A stretch of DNA of 64,000 bases. Source: Auanema rhodensis. Lineage: Eukaryota > Animalia > Nematoda. The notes under the pieces were generated by a model, which saw only the letters and a list, made by a program, of their open reading frames with translations, made no database searches and was not told where the DNA came from. A program made the position numbers and the translations under genes. This document shows, one piece after another, positions 12,301 to 28,200 of this stretch (positions are counted from its first letter, which is position 1; the number at the start of each line of letters is the position of its first letter). The DNA lies in assembly GCA_964057225.1 (NCBI GenBank), contig CAXKVF010000081.1, forward strand, positions 316,452 through 380,451, in the 5' to 3' direction.

Positions 12301-14900
12301 ACTAATATGGACATGGGGAATCTTATTTTGAAAACCGCATCTCTTTATCTTTCACGTGAAGCGAGTTACATACCAAGTGCACATCACGTGTACATTTAAT
12401 TAGCATAAATTAAAGTTCACGTAAATTTCAAAGTCATGGTTACCATGCACCAATATCAATACAAATTTGTTTTTAGACTAATATGGACATGGGGAATCTA
12501 ATTTTGAAAACCGCATCTCTTTATCTTTCACGTGAAGCGAGTTACATACCAAGTGCACATCACGTGTACATTTAATTAGCATAAATTAAAGTTCACGTAA
12601 ATTTCAAAGTCATGGTTACCATGCACCAATATCAATAAAAATTTGTTTTTAGACTAATATGGACATGGGGAATCTAATTTTGAAAACCGCATCTCTTTAT
12701 CTTTTACGTGAAGCGAGTTACATACCAAGTGCACATCACGTGTACATTTAATTAGCATAAATTAAAGTTCACGTAAACTTCAAAGTCATGGTTACCATGC
12801 ACCAATATCAATAAAAATTTGTTTTTAGACTAATATGGACATGGGGAATCTTATTTTGAAAACCGCATCTCTTTATCTTTCACGTGAAGCGAGTTACATA
12901 CCAAGTGCACATCACGTGTACATTTAATTAGCATAAATTAAAGTTCACGTAAATTTCAAAGTCATGGTTACCATGCACCAATATCATAAAAAAATTGTTT
13001 TTAGACTAATATGGACATGGGGAATCTAATTTTGAAAACCGCATCTCTTTATCTTTCACGTGAAGCGAGTTACATACCAAGTGCACATCACGTGTACATT
13101 TAATTAGCATAAATTAAAGTTCACGTAAACTTCAAAGTCATGGTTACCATGCACCAATATCAATAAAAATTTGTTTTTAGACTAATATGGACATGGGGAA
13201 TCTAATTTTGAAAACCGCATCTCTTTATCTTTCACGTGAAGCGAGTTACATACCAAGTGCACATCACGTGTACATTTAATTAGCATAAATTAAAGTTCAC
13301 GTAAATTTCAAAGTCATGGTTACCAAGCACCAATATCAATAAAAATTTGTTTTTAGACTAATATGGACATGACGAATCTAATTTTGAAAACCGCATCTCT
13401 TTATCTTTCACGTGAAGCGAGTTACATACCAAGTGCACATCACGTGTACATTTAATTAGCATAAATTAAAGTTCACGTAAATTTCAAAGTCATGGTTACC
13501 ATGCACCAATATCAATAAATATTTGTTTTTAGACTAATATGGACATGGGGAATCTAATTTTGAAAACCGCATCTCTTTATCTTTCACGTGAAGCAAGTTA
13601 CATACCAAGTGCACATCACGTGTACATTTAATTAGCATAAATTAAAGTTCACGTAAATTTCAAAGTCATGGTTACCATGAACCAATATCAATAAAAATTT
13701 GTTTTTAGACTAATATGGACATGGGGAATCTAATTTTGAAAATCGCATCTCTTTATCTTTCACGTGAAGCGAGTTACATACCAAGTGCACATCACGTGTA
13801 CATTTAATTAGCATAAATTAAAGTTCACGTAAATTTCAAAGACATGGTTACCATGAACCAATATCAATGAAAATTTGTTTTTAGACTAATATGGACATGG
13901 GGAATCTAATTTTGAAAACCGCATCTCTTTATCTTTCACGTGAAGCGAGTTACATACCAAGTGCACATCACGTGTACATTTAATTAGCATAAATTAAAGT
14001 TCACGTAAATTTCAAAGTCATGGTTACCATGCACCAATATCAATAAAAAATTGTTTTTAGACTAATATGGACATGGGGAATCTAATTTTGAAAACCGCAT
14101 CTCTTTATCTTTCACGTGAAGCGAGTTACATACCAAGTGCACATCACGTGTACATTTAATTAGCATAAATTAAAGTTCACGTTAATTTCAAAGTCATGGT
14201 TACCATGCACCAATATCAATAAAAATTTGTTTTTAGACTAATATGGACATGGGGAATCTTATTTTGAAAACCGCATCTCTTTATCTTTCACGTGAAGCGA
14301 GTTACATACCAAGTGCACATCACGTGTACATTTAATTAGCATAAATTAAAGTTCACGTAAATTTCAAAGTCATGGTTACCATGCACCAATATCAATAAAA
14401 ATTTGTTTTTAGACTAATATGTACATGGGGAATCTTGTTTTGAAAACCGCATCTCTTTATCTTTCACGTGAAGCGAGTTACATACCAAGTGCACATCACG
14501 TGTACATTTAATTAGCATAAATTAAAGTTCACGTAAATTTCAAAGTCATGGTTACCATGCACCAATATCAATAAAAATTTGTTTTTAGACTAATATGGAC
14601 ATGAGGAATCTAATTTTGAAAACCGCATCTCTTTATCTTTCACGTGAAGCGAGTTACATACCAAGTGCACATCACGTGTACATTTAATTAGCATAAATTA
14701 AAGTTCACGTAAATTTCAAAGTCATGGTTACCATGCACCAATATCAATAAAAATTTGTTTTTAGACTAATATGGACATGGGGAATCCAATTTTGAAAACC
14801 GCATCTCTTTATCTTTCACGTGAAGCGAGTTACATACCAAGTGCACATCACGTGTACATTTAATTAGCATAAATTAAAGTTCACGTAAATTTCAAAGTCA
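9400..14900 (+). repeat. 18-mer (3168-bp) higher-order duplication
   Basis: Rare SNV pairs 9537/12705, 10158/13326, 10427/13595, 11254/14422 and 11619/14787 are all 3168 bp apart. Boundaries are approximate. Confidence 0.88.
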
Positions 14901-17900
14901 TGGTTACCATAAACCAATATCAATAAAAATTTGTTTTTAGACTAATATGGACATGGGGAATCTAATTTTAAAAACCGCATCTCTTTATCTTTCACGTGAA
15001 GCGAGTTACATACCAAGTGCACATCACGTGTACATTTAATAAGCATAAATTAAAGTTCACGTAAATTTCAAAGTCATGGTTACCATGCACCAATATCAAT
15101 AAAAATTTGTTTTTAGACTAATATGGACATGGGGAATCTAATTTTGAAAACCGCATCTCTTTATCTTTCACGTGAAGCGAGTTACATACCAAGTGCACAT
15201 CACGTGTACATTTAATTAGCATAAATTAAAGTTCACGTAAATTTCAAAGTCATGGTTACCATGAACCAATATCAATAAAAATTTGTTTTTAGACTAATAT
15301 GAACATGGGGAATCTAATTCTGAAAACCGCATCTCTTTATCTTTCACGTGAAGCGAGTTACATACCAAGTGCACATCACGTGTACATTTAATTAGCATAA
15401 ATTAAAGTTCACGTAAATTTCAAAGTCATGGTTACCATGCACCAATATCAATAAAAATTTGTTTTTAGACTAATATGGACATGGGGAATCTAATTTTGAA
15501 AACCGCATCTCTTTATCTTTCACGTGAAGCGAGTTACATACCAAGTGCACATCACGTGTACATTTAATTAGCATAAATTAAAGTTCACGTAAATTTCAAA
15601 GTCATGGTTACCATGAACCAATATCAATAAAAATTTGTTTTTAGACTAATATGGACATGGGGAATCTAATTTTGAAAACCGCATCTCTTTATCTTTCACG
15701 TGAAGCGAGTTACATACCAAGTGCACATCACGTGTACATTCAATTAGCATAAATTAAAGTTCACGTAAAATTCAAAGTCATGGTTACCATGCACCAATAT
15801 CAATAAAAATTTGTTTTTAGACTAATATGGACATGGGGAATCTAATTTTGAAAACCGCATCTCTTTATCTTTCACGTGAAGCGAGTTACATACCAAGTGC
15901 ACATCACGTGTACATTTAATTAGCATAAATTAAAGTTCACGTGAATTTCAAAGTCATGGTTACCATGCACCAACATCAATAAAAATTTGTTTTTAGACTA
16001 ATATGGACATGGGGAATCTAATTTTGAAAACCGCATCTCTTTATCTTTCACGTGAAGCGAGTTACATACCAAGTGCACATCACGTGTACATTTAATTAGC
16101 ATAAATTAAAGTTCACGTAAATTTCAAAGTCATGGTTACCATGAACCAATATCAATGAAAATTTGTTTTTAGACTAATATGGACATGGGGAATCTAATTT
16201 TGAAAACCGCATCTCTTTATCTTTCACGTGAAGCGAGTTACATACCAAGTGCACATCACGTGTACATTTAATTAGCATAAATTAAAGTTCACGTAAATTT
16301 CAAAGTCATGGTTACCATAAACCAATATCAATAAAAATTTGTTTTTAGACTAATATGGACATGGGGAATCTAATTTTAAAAACCGCATCTCTTTATCTTT
16401 CACGTGAAGCGAGTTACATACCAAGTGCACATCACGTGTACATTTAATAAGCATAAATTAAAGTTCACGTAAATTTCAAAGTCATGGTTACCATGCACCA
16501 ATATCAATAAAAATTTGTTTTTAGACTAATATGGACATGGGGAATCTAATTTTGAAAACCGCATCTCTTTATCTTTCACGTGAAGCGAGTTACATACCAA
16601 GCGCACATCACGTGTACATTTAATTAGCATAAATTAAAGTTCACGTAAATTTCAAAGTCATGGTTACCATGCACCAATATCAATAAAAATTTGTTTTTAG
16701 ACTAATATGGACATGGGGAATCTAATTTTGAAAACCGCATCTCTTTATCTTTCACGTGAAGCGAGTTACATACCAAGTGCACATCACGTGTACATTTAAT
16801 TAGCATAAATTAAAGTTCACGTAAATTTCAAAGTCATGGTTACCATGCACCAATATCAATAAAAATTTGTTTTTAGACTAATATGAACATGGGGAATCTA
16901 ATTCTGAAAACCGCATCTCTTTATCTTTCACGTGAAGCGAGTTACATACCAAGTGCACATCACGTGTACATTTAATTAGCATAAATTAAAGTTCACGTAA
17001 ATTTCAAAGTCATGGTTACCATAAACCAATATCAATAAAAATTTGTTTTTAGACTAATATGGACATGGGGAATCTAATTTTAAAAACCGCATCTCTTTAT
17101 CTTTCACGTGAAGCGAGTTACATACCAAGTGCACATCACGTGTACATTTAATAAGCATAAATTAAAGTTCACGTAAATTTCAAAGTCATGGTTACCATGC
17201 ACCAATATCAATAAAAATTTGTTTTTAGACTAATATGGACATGGGGAATCTAATTTTGAAAACCGCATCTCTTTATCTTTCACGTGAAGCGAGTTACATA
17301 CCAAGCGCACATCACGTGTACATTTAATTAGCATAAATTAAAGTTCACGTAAATTTCAAAGTCATGGTTACCATGCACCAATATCAATAAAAATTTGTTT
17401 TTAGACTAATATGGACATGGGGAATCTAATTTTGAAAACCGCATCTCTTTATCTTTCACGTGAAGCGAGTTACATACCAAGTGCACATCACGTGTACATT
17501 TAATTAGCATAAATTAAAGTTCACGTAAATTTCAAAGTCATGGTTACCATGCACCAATATCAATAAAAATTTGTTTTTAGACTAATATGAACATGGGGAA
17601 TCTAATTCTGAAAACCGCATCTCTTTATCTTTCACGTGAAGCGAGTTACATACCAAGTGCACATCACGTGTACATTTAATTAGCATAAATTAAAGTTCAC
17701 GTAAATTTCAAAGTCATGGTTACCATAAACCAATATCAATAAAAATTTGTTTTTAGACTAATATGGACATGGGGAATCTAATTTTAAAAACCGCATCTCT
17801 TTATCTTTCACGTGAAGCGAGTTACATACCAAGTGCACATCACGTGTACATTTAATAAGCATAAATTAAAGTTCACGTAAATTTCAAAGTCATGGTTACC

Positions 17901-20900
17901 ATGCACCAATATCAATAAAAATTTGTTTTTAGACTAATATGGACATGGGGAATCTAATTTTGAAAACCTCATCTCTTTATCTTTCACGTGAAGCGAGTTA
18001 CATACCAAGTGCACATCACGTGTACATTTAATTAGCATAAATTAAAGTTCACGTAAATTTCAAAGTCATGGTTACCATAAACCAATATCAATAAAAATTT
18101 GTTTTTAGACTAATATGGACATGGGGAATCTAATTTTAAAAACCGCATCTCTTTATCTTTCACGTGAAGCGAGTTACATACCAAGTGCACATCACGTGTA
18201 CATTTAATAAGCATAAATTAAAGTTCACGTAAATTTCAAAGTCATGGTTACCATGCACCAATATCAATAAAAATTTGTTTTTAGACTAATATGAACATGG
18301 GGAATCTAATTCTGAAAACCGCATCTCTTTATCTTTCACGTGAAGCGAGTTACATACCAAGTGCACATCACGTGTACATTTAATTAGCATAAATTAAAGT
18401 TCACGTAAATTTCAAAGTCATGGTTACCATGAACCAATATCAATAAAAATTTGTTTTTAGACTAATATGGACATGGGGAATCTAATTTTGAAAACCGCAT
18501 CTCTTTATCTTTCACGTGAAGCGAGTTACATACCAAGTGCACATCACGTGTACATTCAATTAGCATAAATTAAAGTTCACGTAAAATTCAAAGTCATGGT
18601 TACCATGCACCAATATCAATAAAAATTTGTTTTTAGACTAATATGGACATGGGGAATCTAATTTTGAAAACCGCATCTCTTTATCTTTCACGTGAAGCGA
18701 GTTACATACCAAGTGCACATCACGTGTACATTTAATTAGCATAAATTAAAGTTCACGTAAATTTCAAAGTCATGGTTACCATGCACCAACATCAATAAAA
18801 ATTTGTTTTTAGACTAATATGGACATGGGGAATCTAATTTTGAAAACCGCATCTCTTTATCTTTCACGTGAAGCGAGTTACATACCAAGTGCACATCACG
18901 TGTACATTTAATTAGCATAAATTAAAGTTCACGTAAATTTCAAAGTCATGGTTACCATGAACCAATATCAATGAAAATTTGTTTTTAGACTAATATGGAC
19001 ATGGGGAATCTAATTTTGAAAACCGCATCTCTTTATCTTTCACGTGAAGCGAGTTACGTACCAAGTGCACATCACGTGTACATTTAATTAGCATAAATTA
19101 AAGTTCACGTAAATTTCAAAGTCATGGTTACCATAAACCAATATCAATAAAAATTTGTTTTTAGACTAATATGGACATGGGGAATCTAATTTTAAAAACC
19201 GCATCTCTTTATCTTTCACGTGAAGCGAGTTACATACCAAGTGCACATCACGTGTACATTTAATTAGCATAAATTAAAGTTCACGTAAATTTCAAAGTCA
19301 TGGTTACCATGCACCAATATCAATAAAAATTTGTTTTTAGACTAATATGGACATGGGGAATCTAATTTTGAAAACCGCATCTCTTTATCTTTCACGTGAA
19401 GCGAGTTACATACCAAGTGCACATCACGTGTACATTTAATTAGCATAAATTAAAGTTCACGTAAATTTCAAAGTCATGGTTACCATGCACCAATATCAAT
19501 AAAAATTTGTTTTTAGACTAATATGGACATGGGGAATCTAATTTTGAAAACCGCATCTCTTTATCTTTCACGTGAAGCGAGTTACATACCAAGTGCACAT
19601 CACGTGTACATTTAATAAGCATAAATTAAAGTTCACGTAAATTTCAAAGTCATGGTTACCATAAACCAATATCAATAAAAATTTGTTTTTAGACTAATAT
19701 GGACATGGGGAATCTAATTTTAAAAACCGCATCTCTTTATCTTTCACGTGAAGCGAGTTACATACCAAGTGCACATCACGTGTACATTTAATAAGCATAA
19801 ATTAAAGTTCACGTAAATTTCAAAGTCATGGTTACCATGCACCAATATCAATAAAAATTTGTTTTTAGACTAATTTGGACATGGGGAATCTAATTTTGAA
19901 AACCGCATCTCTTTATCTTTCACGTGAAGCGAGTTACATACCAAGCGCACATCACGTGTACATTTAATTAGCATAAATTAAAGTTCACGTAAATTTCAAA
20001 GTCATGGTTACCATGCACCAATATCAATAAAAATTTGTTTTTAGACTAATATGGACATGGGGAATCTAATTTTGAAAACCGCATCTCTTTATCTTTCACG
20101 TGAAGCGAGTTACATACCAAGTGCACATCACGTGTACATTTAATTAGCATAAATTAAAGTTCACGTAAATTTCAAAGTCATGGTTACCATGCACCAATAT
20201 CAATAAAAATTTGTTTTTAGACTAATATGGACATGGGGAATCTAATTTTGAAAACCGCATCTCTTTATCTTTCACGAGAAGCGAGTTACATACCAAGTGC
20301 ACATCACGTGTACATTTAATTAGCATAAATTAAAGTTCACGTAAATTTCAAAGTCATGGTTACCATGCACCAATATCAATAAAAATTTGTTTTTAGACTA
20401 ATATGGACATGGAGAATCTAATTTTGAAAACCGCATCTCTTTATCTTTCACGTGAAGCGAGTTACATACCAAGTGCACATCACGTGTACATTTAATTAGC
20501 ATAAATTAAAGTTCACGTAAATTTCAAAGTCATGGTTACCATGCACCAATATCAATAAAAATTTGTTTTTAGACTAATATGAACATGGGGAATCTAATTC
20601 TGAAAACCGCATCTCTTTATCTTTCACGTGAAGCGAGTTACATACCAAGTGCACATCACGTGTACATTTAATTAGCATAAATTAAAGTTCACGTAAATTT
20701 CAAAGTCATGGTTACCATGAACCAATATCAATAAAAGTTTGTTTTTAGACTAATATGGACATGAGGAATCAAATTTTGAAAACCGCATCTCTTTATCTTT
20801 CACGTGAAGCGAGTTACATACCGAGTGCACATCACGTGTACATTTAATTAGCATAAATTAAAGTTCACGTAAATTTCAAAGTCATGGTTACCATGCACCA

Positions 20901-23900
20901 ATATCAATAAAAATTTGTTTTTAGACTAATATGGACATGGGGAATCTAATTTTGGAAACCGCATCTCTTTATCTTTCACGTGAAGCGAGTTACATACCAA
21001 GTGCACATCACGTGTACATTTAATTAGCATAAATTAAAGTTCACGTAAATTTCAAAGTCATGGTTACCATGAACCAATATCAATGAAAATTTGTTTTTAG
21101 ACTAATATGGACATGGGGAATCAAATTTTGAAAACCGCATCTCTTTATCTTTCACGTGAAGCGAGTTACATACCAAGTGCACATCACGTGTACATTTAAT
21201 TAGCATAAATTAAAGTTCACGTAAATTTCAAAGTCATGGTTACCATGCACCAATATCAATAAAAATTTGTTTTTAGACTAATATGGACATGGGGAATCTT
21301 ATTTTGAAAACCGCATCTCTTTATCTTTCACGTGAAGCGAGTTACATACCAAGTGCACATCACGTGTACATTTAATTAGCATAAATTAAAGTTCACGTAA
21401 ATTTCAAAGTCATGGTTACCATGCACCAATATCAATAAAAATCTGTTTTTAGACTAATATGGACATGGGAAATCTAATTTTGAAAACCGCATCTCTTTAT
21501 CTTTCACGTGAAGCGAGTTACATACCAAGTGCACATCACGTGTACATTTAATTAGCATAAATTAAAGTTCACGTAAATTTCAAAGTCATGGTTACCATGC
21601 ACCAATATCAATAAAAATTTGTTTTTAGACTAATATGAACATGGGGAATCTAATTCTGAAAACCGCATCTCTTTATCTTTCACGTGAAGCGAGTTACATA
21701 CCAAGTGCACATCACGTGTACATTTAATTAGCATAAATTAAAGTTCACGTAAATTTCAAAGTCATGGTTACCATGAACCAATATCAATAAAAGTTTGTTT
21801 TTAGACTAATATGGACATGGGGAATCAAATTTTGAAAACCGCATCTCTTTATCTTTCACGTGAAGCGAGTTACATACCAAGTGCACATCACGTGTACATT
21901 TAATTAGCATAAATTAAAGTTCACGTAAATTTCAAAGTCATGGTTACCATGCACCAATATCAATAAAAATTTGTTTTTAGACTAATATGGACATGGGGAA
22001 TCTAATTTTGAAAACCGCATCTCTTTATCTTTCACGTGAAGCGAGTTACATACCAAGTGCACATCACGTGTACATTTAATTAGCATAAATTAAAGTTCAC
22101 GTAAATTTCAAAGTCATGGTTACCATGAACCAATATCAATGAAAATTTGTTTTTAGACTAATATGGACATGGGGAATCAAATTTTGAAAACCGCATCTCT
22201 TTATCTTTCACGTGAAGCGAGTTACATACCAAGTGCACATCACGTGTACATTTAATTAGCATAAATTAAAGTTCACGTAAATTTCAAAGTCATGGTTACC
22301 ATGAACCAATATCAATAAAAATTTGTTTTTAGACTAATATGGACATGGGGAATCTAATTTTGAAAACCGCATCTCTTTATCTTACACGTGAAGCGAGTTA
22401 CATACCAAGTGCACATCACGTGTACATTTAATTAGCATAAATAAAAGTTCACGTAAATTTCAAAGTCATAGTTACCATGAACCAATATCAATGAAAATTT
22501 GTTTTTAGACTAATATGGACATGGGGAATCAAATTTTGAAAACCGCATCTCTTTATCTTTCACGTGAAGCGAGTTACATACCAAGTGCACATCACGTGTA
22601 CATTTAATTAGCATAAATTAAAGTTCACGTAAATTTCAAAGTCATGGTTACCATAAACCAATATCAATAAAAATTTGTTTTTAGACTAATATGGACATGG
22701 GGAATCTAATTTTAAAAACCGCATCTCTTTATCTTTCACGTGAAGCGAGTTACATACCAAGTGCACATCACGTGTACATTTAATAAGCATAAATTAAAGT
22801 TCACGTAAATTTCAAAGTCATGGTTACCATGCACCAATATCAATAAAAATTTGTTTTTAGACTAATATGAACATGGGGAATCTAATTCTGAAAACCGCAT
22901 CTCTTTATCTTTCACGTGAAGCGAGTTACATACCAAGTGCACATCACGTGTACATTTAATTAGCATAAATTAAAGTTCACGTAAATTTCAAAGTCATGGT
23001 TACCATGAACCAATATCAATAAAAGTTTGTTTTTAGACTAATATGGACATGGGGAATCAAATTTTGAAAACCGCATCTCTTTATCTTTCACGTGAAGCGA
23101 GTTACATACCAAGTGCACATCACGTGTACATTTAATTAGCATAAATTAAAGTTCACGTAAATTTCAAAGTCATGGTTACCATGCACCAATATCAATGAAA
23201 ATTTGTTTTTAGACTAATATGGACATGGGGAATCTAATTTTGAAAACCGCATCTCTTTATCTTTCACGTGAAGCGAGTTACATACCAAGTGCACATCACG
23301 TGTACATTTAATTAGCATAAATTAAAGTTCACGTAAATTTCAAAGTCATGGTTACCATGAACCAATATCAATAAAAATTTGTTTTTAGACTAATATGGAC
23401 ATGGGGAATCTAATTTTGAAAACCGCATCTCTTTATCTTACACGTGAAGCGAGTTACATACCAAGTGCACATCACGTGTACATTTAATTAGCATAAATAA
23501 AAGTTCACGTAAATTTCAAAGTCATAGTTACCATGAACCAATATCAATGAAAATTTGTTTTTAGACTAATATGGACATGGGGAATCAAATTTTGAAAACC
23601 GCATCTCTTTATCTTTCACGTGAAGCGAGTTACATACCAAGTGCACATCACGTGTACATTTAATTAGCATAAATTAAAGTTCACGTAAATTTCAAAGTCA
23701 TGGTTACCATAAACCAATATCAATAAAAATTTGTTTTTAGACTAATATGGACATGGGGAATCTAATTTTAAAAACCGCATCTCTTTATCTTTCACGTGAA
23801 GCGAGTTACATACCAAGTGCACATCACGTGTACATTTAATAAGCATAAATTAAAGTTCACGTAAATTTCAAAGTCATGGTTACCATGCACCAATATCAAT

Positions 23901-25299
23901 AAAAATTTGTTTTTAGACTAATATGAACATGGGGAATCTAATTCTGAAAACCGCATCTCTTTATCTTTCACGTGAAGCGAGTTACATACCAAGTGCACAT
24001 CACGTGTACATTTAATTAGCATAAATTAAAGTTCACGTAAATTTCAAAGTCATGGTTACCATGAACCAATATCAATAAAAGTTTGTTTTTAGACTAATAT
24101 GGACATGGGGAATCAAATTTTGAAAACCGCATCTCTTTATCTTTCACGTGAAGCGAGTTACATACCAAGTGCACATCACGTGTACATTTAATTAGCATAA
24201 ATTAAAGTTCACGTAAATTTCAAAGTCATGGTTACCATGCACCAATATCAATGAAAATTTGTTTTTAGACTAATATGGACATGGGGAATCTAATTTTGAA
24301 AACCGCATCTCTTTATCTTTCACGTGAAGCGAGTTACATACCAAGTGCACATCACGTGTACATTTAATTAGCATAAATTAAAGTTCACGTAAATTTCAAA
24401 GTCATGGTTACCATAAACCAATATCAATAAAAATTTGTTTTTAGACTAATATGGACATGGGGAATCTAATTTTAAAAACCGCATCTCTTTATCTTTCACG
24501 TGAAGCGAGTTACATACCAAGTGCACATCACGTGTACATTTAATAAGCATAAATTAAAGTTCACGTAAATTTCAAAGTCATGGTTACCATGCACCAATAT
24601 CAATAAAAATTTGTTTTTAGACTAATATGGACATGGGGAATCTAATTTTGAAAACCGCATCTCTTTATCTTTCACGTGAAGCGAGTTACATACCAAGTGC
24701 ACATCACGTGTACATTTAATTAGCATAAATTAAAGTTCACGTAAATTTCAAAGTCATGGTTACCATGAACCAATATCAATAAAAATTTGTTTTTAGACTA
24801 ATATGGACATGGGGAATCAAATTTTGAAAACCGCATCTCTTTATCTTTCACGTGAAGCGAGTTACATACCAAGTGCACATCACGTGTACATTTAATTAGC
24901 ATAAATTAAAGTTCACGTAAATTTCAAAGTCATGGTTACCATGCACCAATATCAATAAAAATTTGTTTTTAGACTAATATGGACATGGGGAATCTAATTT
25001 TGAAAACCGCATCTCTTCATCTTTCACGTGAAGCGAGTTACATACCAAGTGCACATCACGTGTACATTTAATTAGCATAAATTAAAGTTCACGTAAATTT
25101 CAAAGTCATGGTTACCATGCACCAATATCAATAAAAATTTGTTTTTAGACTAATATGAACATGGGGAATCTAATTCTGAAAACCGCATCTCTTTATCTTT
25201 CACGTGAAGCGAGTTACATACCAAGTGCACATCACGTGTACATTTAATTAGCATAAATTAAAGTTCACGTAAATTTCAAAGTCATGGTTACCATGAACC

Positions 25300-28200
25300 A
25301 ATATCAATAAAAGTTTGTTTTTAGACTAATATGGACATGGGGAATCAAATTTTGAAAACCGCATCTCTTTATCTTTCACGTGAAGCGAGTTACATACCAA
25401 GTGCACATCACGTGTACATTTAATTAGCATAAATTAAAGTTCACGTAAATTTCAAAGTCATGGTTACCATGCACCAATATCAATAAAAATTTGTTTTTAG
25501 ACTAATATGGACATGGGGAATCAAATTTTGAAAACCGCATCTCTTCATCTTTCACGTGAAGCGAGTTACATACCAAGTGCACATCACGTGTACATTTAAT
25601 TAGCATAAATTAAAGTTCACGTAAATTTCAAAGTCATGGTTACCATGCACCAATATCAATAAAAATTTGTTTTTAGACTAATATGGACATGGGGAATCTA
25701 ATTTTGAAAACCGCATCTCTTTATCTTTCACGTGAAGCGAGTTACATACCAAGTGCACATCACGTGTACATTTAATTAGCATAAATTAAAGTTCACGCAA
25801 ATTTCAAAGTCATGGTTACCATGAACCAATATCAATGAAAATTTGTTTTTAGACTAATATGGACATGGGGAATCAAATTTTGAAAACCGCATCTCTTTAT
25901 CTTTCACGTGAAGCGAGTTACATACCAAGTGCACATCACGTGTACATTTAATTAGCATAAATTAAAGTTCACGTAAATTTCAAAGTCATGGTTACCATGA
26001 ACCAATATCAATAAAAATTTGTTTTTAGACTAATATGGACATGGGGAATCTAATTTTGAAAACCGCATCTCTTTATCTTTCACGTGAAGCGAGTTACATA
26101 CCAAGTGCACATCACGTGTACATTTAATTAGCATAAATTAAAGTTCACGTAAATTTCAAAGTCATGGTTACCATGCACCAATATCGATAAAAATTTGTTT
26201 TTAGACTAATATGGACATGGGGAATCTTATTTTGAAAACCGCATCTCTTTATCTTTCACGTGAAGCGAGTTACATACCAAGTGCACATCACGTGTACATT
26301 TAATTAGCATAAATTAAAGTTCACGTAAATTTCAAAGTCATGGTTACCATGCACCAATATCAATAAAAATTCGTTTTTAGACTAATATGTACATGGGGAA
26401 TCTTATTTTGAAAACCGCATCTCTTTATCTTTCACGTGAAGCGAGTTACATACCAAGTGCACATCACGTGTACATTTAATTAGCATAAATTAAAGTTCAC
26501 GTAAATTTCAAAGTCATGGTTACCATGCACCAATATCAATAAAAATTTGTTTTTAGACTAATATGGATATGGGGAATCCAATTTTGAAAACCGCATCTCT
26601 TTATCTTTCACGTGAAGCGAGTTACATACCAAGTGCACATCACGTGTACATTTAATTAGCATAAATTAAAGTTCACGTAAATTTCAAAGTCATGGTTACC
26701 ATGAACCAATATCAATAAAAATTTGTTTTTAGACTAATATGGACATGGGGAATCAAATTTTGAAAACCGCATCTCTTTATCTTTCACGTGAAGCGAGTTA
26801 CATACCAAGTGCACATCACGTGTACATTTAATTAGCATAAATTAAAGTTCACGTAAATTTCAAAGTCATGGTTACCATGCACCAATATCAATAAAAATTT
26901 GTTTTTAGACTAATATGGACATGGGGAATCTAATTTTGAAAACCGCATCTCTTTATCTTTCACGTGAAGCGAGTTACATACCAAGTGCACATCACGTGTA
27001 CATTTAATTAGCATAAATTAAAGTTCACGTAAATTTCAAAGTCATGGTTACCATGCACCAATATCAATAAAAATTTGTTTTTAGACTAATATGGACATGG
27101 GGAATCTAATTTTGAAAACCGCATCTCTTTATCTTTCACGTGAAGCGAGTTACATACCAAGTGCACATCACGTGTACATTTAATTAGCATAAATTAAAGT
27201 TCACGTAAATTTCAAAGTCATGGTTACCATGCACCAATATCAATAAAAATTTGTTTTTAGACTAATATGGACATGGGGAATCTAATTTTGAAAACCGCAT
27301 CTCTTTATCTTTCACGTGAAGCGAGTTACATACCAAGTGCACATCACGTGTACATTTAATTAGCATAAATTAAAGTTCACGTAAATTTCAAAGTCATGGT
27401 TACCATGCACCAATATCAATAAAAATTTGTTTTTAGACTAATATGGACATGGGGAATCTAATTTTGAAAACCGCATCTCTTTATCTTTCACGTGAAGCGA
27501 GTTACATACCAAGTGCACATCACGTGTACATTTAATTAGCATAAATTAAAGTTCACGTAAATTTCAAAGTCATGGTTACCATGCACCAATATCAATAAAA
27601 ATTTGTTTTTAGACTAATATGGACATGAGGAATCTAATTTTGAAAACCGCATCTCTTTATCTTTCACGTGAAGCGAGTTACATACCAAGTGCACATCACG
27701 TGTACATTTAATTAGCATAAATTAAAGTTCACGTAAATTTCAAAGTCATGGTTACCATGCACCAATATCAATAAAAATTTGTTTTTAGACTAATATGGAT
27801 ATGGGGAATCCAATTTTGAAAACCGCATCTCTTTATCTTTCACGTGAAGCGAGTTACATACCAAGTGCACATCACGTGTACATTTAATTAGCATAAATTA
27901 AAGTTCACGTAAATTTCAAAGTCATGGTTACCATGAACCAATATCAATAAAAGTTTGTTTTTAGACTAATATGGACATGGGGAATCAAATTTTGAAAACC
28001 GCATCTCTTTATCTTTCACGTGAAGCGAGTTACATACCAAGTGCACATCACGTGTACATTTAATTAGCATAAATTAAAGTTCACGTAAATTTCAAAGTCA
28101 TGGTTACCATGCACCAATATCAATAAAAATTTGTTTTTAGACTAATATGGATATGGGGAATCCAATTTTGAAAACCGCATCTCTTTATCTTTCACGTGAA

